NCBI GenBank assembly: GCA_963816435.1
Contig: CAWFKS010000013.1
Span: 122,848 to 186,847, forward strand
Source of the DNA: an uncultured Alphaproteobacteria bacterium
Lineage (GTDB): Bacteria > Pseudomonadota > Alphaproteobacteria > Rhizobiales > Rhizobiaceae
Reading direction: 5' to 3'
DNA: 64,000 bases
Below the pieces are notes generated by a model. The model was given only the letters and a program-made list of their open reading frames with translations, was not told the DNA's origin and made no database searches. This document shows, piece by piece, positions 49,889 to 57,373 of this stretch. Numbering within the stretch: position 1 is the stretch's first letter; each line of letters starts with the position of its first letter. Position numbers and translations under genes: made by a program.

Positions 49889-52027
49889 TCAGGATCTGCG
49901 CGGGAGGCCGCCGCGTCCGCTGCGCGGCGCCGGGAGGATCAGCCCCCCGAGCTGAGGCTGGCGGGCCGTATCGGCCGGCTCCAATTGCCGTGGCTGCTGC
50001 GGGTAGGCGTCGGTTCCACTGTCGACCAGAAACCGAACGAGCTGCGGGGCCGCGACACTGGTGCCGTTCATTGCCGCGACCGCGCCGCTGCGCGCGCCCG
50101 CGGCGAGCACGCCTGACAAGATTGGTGAGGTTTCGGTGACGGCCGAATGCGTCACGCGTTCACCGCCGGCGGGATCCGTCGCTTCGAGCGGCGTGGCCGA
50201 GTAGCTGGCGGGAAGCGGCGGGCCGCCCGGGTCGGCGCACGAGCGCAGGACATAGCCGCCCGCCACCAGCCGATTGGGGTCGTCTGCGGTCGCGATCGCG
50301 TTGAGGGTACCGGCGCGGCGAACGGGCGAGACGGGAGGCGAGGGATCGAAGGCGATCTTGACGCCGCGCGGGTCGGTCTCCCGGTAGGCCGCGTCGACGA
50401 ACCAGCTCTGGCGGCCGCTGTCGGGAAAGCCGGGGGGAACGTCGTCGCGCAACACCCAGGCGTGGATGGTGACGGGCCCGGTGTTTCCCCGTGGGGCGAT
50501 CGTGACACCCCAGTCGCCGGGCGGAACCGCCGCGCCACCGGTGAGGCCGGGATCGGTGGGCGCCAGGATCAGGCTCACCATCACCTCGCCACCGTCTCGA
50601 CGAACGGCAGCGCGGCCGGCGATGCGATCGATCGGCGGCGCCTGCCGGCCGGGCCATCGGTGAGGCGGCCACGTAAGGAGCTTGGCGAACTCCGTCGTGT
50701 CCGTCGTCGCCGACTGGACCAGCCGCTCGTGCAACGGTGGAATGGTCAGCACCACCGGCTCGATGTCGTCTCCCTGCGGCGTACAAAGCGTGAGCAACAC
50801 GGTTTCGATGCCGTCGGCGGGAGTGAGCCAGCATTCCAGATAATTCGACGTCGGATCGGCCGGTTGCAGGTGCCAAGTGACGTTCATGGCTTCGGCGGCG
50901 CCGGGCGACACGACGCCGGTGGCATGGCCTTTCGCATTGTTCCTGTTGCCAGCTCCGAAGACGATTTGCACTTCGCCACCACCTTCGGAGCTATGGTGGG
51001 AGACTATCGCGTCGATGCTGCGTTCCAGCTGGTGGCGGCCGAGCCTTGGCCCGCCTGAAAGACCGAAGCTGAAGTTGATGAAAACCGGAACGCGGGTGCC
51101 CAGGCTGCGCGCGCGATAAAGGATATATTCCAGCCCCTGAATGAAGAAGATGCCCAGCAAGGAGCCCGACGTCTCGCGCGCGACGATCGGCGGCAGGTTC
51201 ACGGCAATGATCGGGCGCCCCTTGGCAGCAGCGTCGTCGGGGTCCATCCCCGCCGCGAGATCGAGCACGTGGGTCCCGTGGCTGTGGGCAAGCCCGAGCG
51301 GATGCTCTCCGACCAGTTCGAAATCGAGCATCCCGAGCTTGCGCAAGACCTGGTCATCCTGTCCGTTCGTATCGGCGATGAGGCTTGCCAGCTGCGCACC
51401 GTTCCACTCGCATCCGAAGGGGAGCGGTCGACCGGGCATTCCTGGGGACCGGAAAGCGGGGCGCCAGTTGCCGCCCTGGTCCCATGCAAACGCCAACCGC
51501 GTGCCATGAGGCCCCTGTCGGAAGCGCTCGTGGGCGACGTTGATGGCATGATCAATTATGCCGACGATCGCATCCGGCCTGCCGGCCGGTGCCGCGGCAG
51601 GGGAGGGATCCTCGAAACGGGGGATGAACAGTGCGGGATTCACCGAGCGGCGGTGCAGCGGCAGGAGAAAAAGCCTGGGGTCTGCCATATGCAGCTTGCG
51701 CTCGAGAAGTTGAACGAACTGATCCGACAAGGAAGTGCCGTCCTCGGTCATCACTGGCACGATTGTTGTGATACTCGGCACGCCGGAACGGGCGTTCAGA
51801 TCGGCCATGTCGATCCCGGCCAGAAATAGGAAATCGCCGGGCTGCTCGCGCTGGCCGACCAGATACCTGCTCGATCTCAGCCCGGGCCCGCTGATCCACA
51901 GGCTCACTGGGTCCATGAAGCGGCTGTCGAACCGCAGCAATTGAGGAACCCGGTCGCTCGTGGTCGAAAGATCGACAAACTCGCTGTCGAAGATGCCGGG
52001 CCAATCCTCGCTCCAGGCCAGAGCCAT
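49889..52027 (-). CDS. Subtilisin-like serine protease (peptidase S8), no signal peptide, N-terminal extension and very large internal insertion
   Basis: Catalytic motifs: Asp in VGIIDHAI, His in HSHGTHV, oxyanion Asn in GAGNRNN, Ser in NGTSVAAP. ATG 52027 lies 2 nt after the upstream stop and is preceded by a G-rich Shine-Dalgarno. Alternative start at 52045. Confidence 0.85.
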   Translation of the reverse strand: MALAWSEDWPGIFDSEFVDLSTTSDRVPQLLRFDSRFMDPVSLWISGPGLRSSRYLVGQREQPGDFLFLAGIDMADLNARSGVPSITTIVPVMTEDGTSLSDQFVQLLERKLHMADPRLFLLPLHRRSVNPALFIPRFEDPSPAAAPAGRPDAIVGIIDHAINVAHERFRQGPHGTRLAFAWDQGGNWRPAFRSPGMPGRPLPFGCEWNGAQLASLIADTNGQDDQVLRKLGMLDFELVGEHPLGLAHSHGTHVLDLAAGMDPDDAAAKGRPIIAVNLPPIVARETSGSLLGIFFIQGLEYILYRARSLGTRVPVFINFSFGLSGGPRLGRHQLERSIDAIVSHHSSEGGGEVQIVFGAGNRNNAKGHATGVVSPGAAEAMNVTWHLQPADPTSNYLECWLTPADGIETVLLTLCTPQGDDIEPVVLTIPPLHERLVQSATTDTTEFAKLLTWPPHRWPGRQAPPIDRIAGRAAVRRDGGEVMVSLILAPTDPGLTGGAAVPPGDWGVTIAPRGNTGPVTIHAWVLRDDVPPGFPDSGRQSWFVDAAYRETDPRGVKIAFDPSPPVSPVRRAGTLNAIATADDPNRLVAGGYVLRSCADPGGPPLPASYSATPLEATDPAGGERVTHSAVTETSPILSGVLAAGARSGAVAAMNGTSVAAPQLVRFLVDSGTDAYPQQPRQLEPADTARQPQLGGLILPAPRSGRGGLPRRS

Positions 52028-52029
52028 GC

Positions 52030-53238
52030 TCAATCGCCCCCCCATTCGGCGCGTGCCCTAGCCCAGAGCCAGGCCACGGCCTCGGAGGTTTCGACCTGGG
52101 CGGTCGCCTCGCCGTAGGCGATGATCTCAATTCCGTGACCTGCGCCGTGGTGGGCGTGGTCCGCGTGATCTTCCCCGTCATCGTCGCGTGCGTCGCGAGT
52201 GGCGAATCCCTGTCGTTCGCCGTTCGCCCAGACGCGAGCGGCATAGAAGTCGCTGGCGCCGATACCCGGTCCATGGAAATGGCGGAGGCCGACTTCGGCG
52301 CTCTCGCCGGCGCGTGCGAGAACGATGTCGGCACACAGGAATCCCAACATGGAGCCGCAGAAGCTGTCGGCGGGGAAATGAAGTCCGGCCACGGTCCGAT
52401 TCACGGCGATGCGTGCAGCCATGGCCATGAAAAGGTCGTCAAGCCCAGCGGCCTTGGCGCTCTCGGGGATCAGGCACCTCAGCAATTCGGCCGTGGCGAA
52501 GGCTTCAGTCGCGTGGCCGGAAGGCAGCGAGCCATGCCCCGGCGTCGCGATCAGCGGCTCGATCTGGGCGGACAAGACGTGCGGGCGCAGACAGGCGAGC
52601 GAGTGCTTGCATTGCTGCGCGACATGCGCGGCAACATGCTGGACCAGTGACATCAGTTCCAGCGTATGCTCCATGCGCTCGGGCACCATCGGCAGTAGCG
52701 ACGCGAAATAGGCCGACGTGCCGGTGATTTGGTCGACGATCTCCTGTGCTCGGTCCGGCCGGAGATCGGCGTAGTCGTTGACCACCCGGGCCTGGGCCAG
52801 GAAATCGTCAATCGTCGGGCGGACCAGTGTCGCCACTGGCTGGTAGGTCGCCGTCGGCACGGACTCGCCCGCCGTGACCAGGAGCAGGTTTATGGCCAGC
52901 TCGATTTCGCCTTCGGCGTGCCCGGCCGGCCGCTGCACGTAGCCGATGCGGGAAAGTATCTCGTTGAGCAGGACCAATTGTCGCCATTGCCGGTCCCACA
53001 GCGCCAGGTTTGTCGTTTCGCCCGCAGCGTACGGAGCCGGTGCATGTGGCGGCCGCCACGTTCCCACGATCCCGTCACGTGCAGTCGCAAGGCCGAGCGG
53101 GGACGCCACGCTGCCGAAGCCGAGCATCGCAGCGGCGACCTGAGCGGGCTGCGGGCCCGCCTGGATGCCTTGGATGCCTTGAATTCCCTGTATGCCTTGG
53201 ATCCCCTGTATGCCCTGAGCCAGCGTGTTCAACGGCAT
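52030..53238 (-). CDS. PAP2-superfamily / vanadium-haloperoxidase-like protein with N-terminal (GIQ)6 repeat and His/Asp-rich C-terminal patch
   Basis: Complete motif set: K-x6-RP (KHSLACLRP), PSGH (LPSGHATE) and R-x5-H-x3-D (NRTVAGLHFPAD). GGGGAGA Shine-Dalgarno before ATG 53238. No TM helices or signal peptide are evident. Confidence 0.7.
   Translation of the reverse strand: MPLNTLAQGIQGIQGIQGIQGIQGIQAGPQPAQVAAAMLGFGSVASPLGLATARDGIVGTWRPPHAPAPYAAGETTNLALWDRQWRQLVLLNEILSRIGYVQRPAGHAEGEIELAINLLLVTAGESVPTATYQPVATLVRPTIDDFLAQARVVNDYADLRPDRAQEIVDQITGTSAYFASLLPMVPERMEHTLELMSLVQHVAAHVAQQCKHSLACLRPHVLSAQIEPLIATPGHGSLPSGHATEAFATAELLRCLIPESAKAAGLDDLFMAMAARIAVNRTVAGLHFPADSFCGSMLGFLCADIVLARAGESAEVGLRHFHGPGIGASDFYAARVWANGERQGFATRDARDDDGEDHADHAHHGAGHGIEIIAYGEATAQVETSEAVAWLWARARAEWGGD
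53161..53214 (-). repeat. Six tandem 9-nt units encoding Gly-Ile-Gln
   Basis: On the coding strand the units read GGC ATA CAG / GGG ATC CAA / GGC ATA CAG / GGA ATT CAA / GGC ATC CAA / GGC ATC CAG. The peptide repeat is perfect but the DNA units differ at synonymous sites. Confidence 0.95.
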
Positions 53239-53255
53239 TGCAGTGTCTCCCCGGG

Positions 53256-54911
53256 TTAGTGCAGCGGAATACCCGCGGCCTCGAAGACGCGTCCCCACTC
53301 CTGGCCGACCCTGGTCTTGCCGGCGGGATGACGCGTGAGATACCCCTCCACCGTGAACGCCGGATCCAGCGTGAGCAACTCCCGGGCGACGGCCTTGGCC
53401 GCAGCGGGCTGCCCCATCAGTTGCAGCCCTGCCAGTTTGGCCCGCATGGCCGAGACATGGCGCGGGCTGGTGAGCAGGGATGCCTCGGCGAGTTCGATCG
53501 CCTTGGCGTAGTCGCCTGCCACCAGGTATGCGGTCGCACTTAGTCCTTCGAAGAAGTGGACCCGGGGGTCACAGGGCGACAGCAGTTTCGCCCGCTCCGA
53601 CAGCGCAACCGCTGTCCTGCCCTCGCCCAGGAAACTGTGCAGCAGCGCCTTGAACTGGCAGGCGATGGCGCTCGAGTTGTTGACGGCCAGCGAGGCTTCG
53701 AAACTCTTGCGCGCGGCATCAAAGTCTCCCTGCAGCACCGTCTTCACGTTGCCGTCCATGGCGAGGGAAAAGGCGCACTGCGGGTTGAGGTCGAGCGCCC
53801 GCTGCACCGCATCGACGGCGAGCGCGTTTTCTTGCGCCGGATTCTCGCTCCAGCCCTGGAAGACCTTGAGAAGGTGCCACTGGGCCGACCATGCGCGCGG
53901 AATCGAATGCCGCGGTGCACGCCGAATTACCTCGTCCACCTGCTCCTTCGCGCGCGCGAAATTCGCCGTGGACATCTGGTACATCAGGCCGATCGCGGAC
54001 ATCATCAAGCCATGTGTCGTAACGCTCGGCAACGGCCGAATTGCGCCGAGCTCTATGGAGTTCACGAGTACCGCACCCACGACCTCGGCGGCGATCTCAT
54101 GCACCAGTGCGGCGTCTCCGTGCAGGAAGTCCGCGGCGTTGGCGACAAATCGGTCGCCCCACACAAGGGTCCCGGCATAGGTGTCGTGGAAGTCGATGTC
54201 GACCGCGAGCCGGCCGCCAGCTTCGAGCACGCGCCCAGTGACGATGTAGTCGGCGCCGAGTGCCGTCTTCAGTTGAGCCAGTTCCACGACGGTGGGGTCG
54301 AGCGTCCGACTGGACAGATGCGATATCATGTCGATGAGTTGCGACCTTGCCAGCGCCCGTATTAATTCCTGTGCGACGGCGTCGCCGAGCTGTGCGGCTT
54401 CGGGCTGGGCGCTCAGAAGGGGCAGCACTGCGATGCGGGGACGCAAAGATTCTGACACCACGCCGGACACCATTCGGCCCGCAGCGGCCTGCCGCGATGT
54501 GCGCAACCAGTCCTCGAATCCTTCCTCGCCGAGGTCCATCCCTTCCAGGAAATCTCCCCGCGAGGGGTCCTCGTGGATAACTACGCCGCCGGCGCGAAAC
54601 CCGATACGGTCCTGCTGCACATCGAATACAAGGTCGAAGCGCCCGCCGAGGGAGTTTCTCATCGCGGAAAGCGCCTGGCGCAGGCTCGCGCGACCGAGAT
54701 GATCATCGACATTGCCCCACAACGTCGCGACCAGCCAGGCGCGCGTCCGGACCATGTCCGGGGACGAAGCCAGCAGTGCAAGCAGCGCACGCTGCTTCTG
54801 CCCGGCGAGACGCAATTCCTCACCGTCGACCCAGCGGACCATGAATGGACCGAAGAGCTGGATCTCCAGCTTTGGCTCCAATGGAGCTTGCATGCCTCGT
54901 CCTTTTGGCAT
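53256..54911 (-). CDS. SARP-like winged-helix transcriptional activator with central and C-terminal TPR region
   Basis: N-terminus LEIQLFGPFMVRWVDGEELRLAGQKQRALLALLASSPDMVRTRAWLVATLWG matches SARP/OmpR-type wHTH proteins. The C-terminal approximately 200 aa are TPR-like. Alternative start at 54893. Confidence 0.75.
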   Translation of the reverse strand: MPKGRGMQAPLEPKLEIQLFGPFMVRWVDGEELRLAGQKQRALLALLASSPDMVRTRAWLVATLWGNVDDHLGRASLRQALSAMRNSLGGRFDLVFDVQQDRIGFRAGGVVIHEDPSRGDFLEGMDLGEEGFEDWLRTSRQAAAGRMVSGVVSESLRPRIAVLPLLSAQPEAAQLGDAVAQELIRALARSQLIDMISHLSSRTLDPTVVELAQLKTALGADYIVTGRVLEAGGRLAVDIDFHDTYAGTLVWGDRFVANAADFLHGDAALVHEIAAEVVGAVLVNSIELGAIRPLPSVTTHGLMMSAIGLMYQMSTANFARAKEQVDEVIRRAPRHSIPRAWSAQWHLLKVFQGWSENPAQENALAVDAVQRALDLNPQCAFSLAMDGNVKTVLQGDFDAARKSFEASLAVNNSSAIACQFKALLHSFLGEGRTAVALSERAKLLSPCDPRVHFFEGLSATAYLVAGDYAKAIELAEASLLTSPRHVSAMRAKLAGLQLMGQPAAAKAVARELLTLDPAFTVEGYLTRHPAGKTRVGQEWGRVFEAAGIPLH

Positions 54912-56044
54912 TCTGAAAGAATATCCCTCGGAAAGACTGAGTCAACGAAGCTGCGGCAGCAGCATTCGGCGCAGTCGCTTTGGAATTCAAAATACCGACG
55001 AATTCGGGGCCGCAAACTTGCACTTCCGTCAGTGGCGTTTCTGAATTTGGCCCGTGCTGGCACTTTCATTTCCCGCGGGAAACCAGCTCCCGGGACTGCG
55101 CTGCGCACGTGAACGGGCGAAACCGGGCACGATCAGCGACACGATCGAGCGCGCGTCCGCCTTGCCCTGCCGAGCCACATCGTGATCGAACGTATTGTGC
55201 AAGCGCCTCCGACATCCGCATTGAGCCTGATGAGGCGTCGGACGCGAACAATACCCGACCGTCGGGCTCATAGGATAGCGTCGGGGCCAGCTCGCTCCGA
55301 AGCTCATGTCCTCCCCGGCCGTGCATTCTGCATGGAACAAGGTCGGAAAACGTATCTTGTGCCGCGTGGTGCGGCGGTGCAGCTGTGGCCCTCCACTGGC
55401 GATCGAACTGGTGGCCCCGAGCAGCAGAAGAAGCCTCGGGCCGCGACGATCGAAAGCTCTCCGGAGCGGATTCGTACCCGAGCCTTGCTTCCACATCCGC
55501 CCGGCCACGCTCGTAATGATGCTGGTTCTCGATCTTCCGGAGCCAGCTTTCTGCGTCCACGTTCTGCCGGACGAAGTGGTTGAGGAGTGCCTGGAAATCG
55601 GGCTCGACCATTGTCGGATCGCAGCCGACCGGTCGTGCGCGACGGACCACGCTCTTCAGCAACGTTACGTACCGGCGGGCAACGAGGCGTTCCGCGGGAA
55701 TCGGCCACGCATCTACCATGTACTGGCGCACCTGCTGGCGCACCTGTACGGCATTCTTCTGAACTGGCCGACATAATAACGGTGTCGTTCATGCGGCCTT
55801 TCCAGGTCATGCACCCCACTAGGCGACGGCGGGTCTGACGATCGTCGGCGGTTCCTAGCCAGGCTCTGTAGAGCTTGCGCGCGCGACCACGAGCAAGCCT
55901 GGCCTGCACGCACTAGCTGCCTTCGCGTCGCATGAGATAGGAAGGCCGGACCACGACATCTCCGCGCAAAATCATGCGAGATGTCACACAGTTGGCTGAC
56001 CCCTGTTTCAGCCTGAGTGCTTGATTTTGCTTGTTCCGGAGCAG

Positions 56045-56090
56045 TGGTAGCGGAGGAGGGATTCGAACCCCCGACACAAGGATTATGATT
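56045..56090 (-). other. tRNA-Met(CAU)-like 3-prime half remnant (att-site-like)
   Basis: The minus strand reads TCATAATCCTTGTGTC-GGGGG-TTCGAAT-CCCTC-CTCCGCT-A-CCA. This covers anticodon loop, variable loop, T-arm, 3-prime acceptor strand and CCA. No D-arm or 5-prime acceptor strand (AGCGGAG) lies upstream. Confidence 0.7.
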
Positions 56091-56262
56091 TTTCCCGAGG
56101 ACTGGGGCTTCCCTCTGCATCCTGCGCCAGTTCATTGCATCAATCATTTGACATCGCTGAGGAAAGGTGCGCCAAGCCGCACCAATCAGTTCCAGTGTCG
56201 GCCATTCAACCCCGTGGATTTCGGACTCCCAATTGAAACCCAGGTCCGATTAGCCGTCGAAG

Positions 56263-56587
56263 TCATAGCTTCAGGGAGTGATTTCGCTCCAGATATGACA
56301 CCACGTTCTCCAGAGCCTTCAGTATCAGAAGCTCATTCGCCCCGAATGCATACCGCCCGGTCATTTGCTCGGCGGGAGAAAGCGAACTCATACCAATGAG
56401 CCCCCTTCCTTTTCTGCCCGTCAGTGTGGGTGAACGTGATCGGGTATCGAAAGCTGCGCCCTTCGCCATAAAAGGCACCGTTCGGCCCCCAGTTTTGAAT
56501 ATTGGCATTGTAGCAGGAGTTCGCGACTATGGACTCCAACTTCCTGAGCACGGCGAGGCGCTTCTTGCTGATCCTCATATCATCCAC
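56263..56587 (-). pseudogene. Small hypothetical protein (about 105 aa), frameshifted near 56400
   Basis: The N-terminal part lies in ORF 56333..56587 (..GEGRSFRYPITFTHTDGQKRKG..). The C-terminal part lies in ORF 56263..56508 (..SLSPAEQMTGRYAFGANELLILKALENV..). GC content is lower than in the surrounding sequence. Confidence 0.5.
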
Positions 56588-56595
56588 CCCTGTCG

Positions 56596-56889
56596 CTAAG
56601 CGTTCAGCAGATGTGGCTTGATCCGGGCGTCGATCTCCCGGTCCGCGAGCGTTAGATATCGCTTACGTGCCGCTTGGGTCATCGGCACGGACCGTCTGTT
56701 TCCAATGTGTTTCAACAGGCCGAAATAGGCGGAGTAGCTGGAAGCGTGGGTGTCCACAGAGATCGTCAGCCATGCCGGCACCGCTTTTTCGAGTTCTGCA
56801 AGCCGGTAGACTTCACCCAACGCCATCCTCGTGATGTCGTCGACTGTCTTGCCCTGAGCTTTGAGAAGGCGATTTCGTGCATCATTCAC
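56596..56889 (-). CDS. Hypothetical protein; possibly the C-terminal part of the upstream nuclease-like ORF
   Basis: GTG start 11 nt after the upstream stop, in a different frame. The upstream in-frame peptide YNLILVND suggests a former continuous ORF. Confidence 0.4.
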   Translation of the reverse strand: MNDARNRLLKAQGKTVDDITRMALGEVYRLAELEKAVPAWLTISVDTHASSYSAYFGLLKHIGNRRSVPMTQAARKRYLTLADREIDARIKPHLLNA

Positions 56890-56899
56890 GAGGATAAGA

Positions 56900-57133
56900 T
56901 TATACGAACTCGTTCATGCCCGTGCCGCCTTTTCGCATTTCATTTCTCGTTTTGACGCCCACGAGAAATCGAACGCCGTCCTTCACCGCCAGCAAATCAG
57001 CGAACGGGTAGTTGTTGCGGATCGTGTTCATGTTCACGACCTCAGAAAACGCGTGACGTTCAAGACATTCCGCCGCGATTGTCTCGCCCAGCTTCCCCAA
57101 CTCGCTAATACGCTCTGTCGTTCTTAGTAGCAT
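56900..57133 (-). CDS. PD-(D/E)xK-nuclease-like small protein (YraN/Hjc-like core)
   Basis: GAGGGA Shine-Dalgarno before ATG 57133. The pattern GKLGETIAAECLERHAF...FADLLAVKDGVRFLVGVKTRNE resembles the D...(E)xK core, but Gly replaces the usual Glu. Confidence 0.4.
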   Translation of the reverse strand: MLLRTTERISELGKLGETIAAECLERHAFSEVVNMNTIRNNYPFADLLAVKDGVRFLVGVKTRNEMRKGGTGMNEFV

Positions 57134-57373
57134 GATGGTCCCTCGCGAAAGCGAAATATTGGCATGGAGCTCGTTTCCACCGGGTAAACCATAAGTATCA
57201 AAGACGAATTCCCCCGAAGTGTGCCTAAGCAACAGAGAGGTAAAGGATCGCTCGCGACCAAGCTGTTGCTGCCTTCTCGACGCGGAGCTGTGCTTGGCGG
57301 ATCGCTCTGGGGATGTACATCACTCTCTTGGCGTCGCGGTCCCGCGCAGGTTAGTGTTCTCCTGGGGGTACGC

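Noticed and set aside
49889-52045. The S8 protease as IetS of the ietAS (ATPase + subtilase) defence system.
   Set aside because: No ATPase gene is adjacent; the coupled partner is a PAP2-like protein. Similarity to IetS cannot be judged by eye.
53161-53214. Tandem 9-nt repeats as a CRISPR-like or contingency (phase-variable) locus.
   Set aside because: The unit is too short and has no spacers. It lies in frame inside a CDS. The units differ at synonymous sites, which argues against slippage-driven phase variation.
55066-55743. 225-aa minus-strand ORF upstream of the SARP-like regulator, as a possible sixth gene or integrase remnant next to the tRNA fragment.
   Set aside because: Only the first approximately 90 residues look protein-like. 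The rest is low-complexity, overlapping ORFs in other frames are equally long, and there is no recombinase or other motif. It may be a degraded gene and is left unannotated.
56045-56125. A complete tRNA gene on the minus strand.
   Set aside because: Only the anticodon loop through CCA is tRNA-like. The upstream approximately 35 nt cannot form a D-arm or pair with the CTCCGCT acceptor strand, and the anticodon stem pairs at only 3 of 5 positions.
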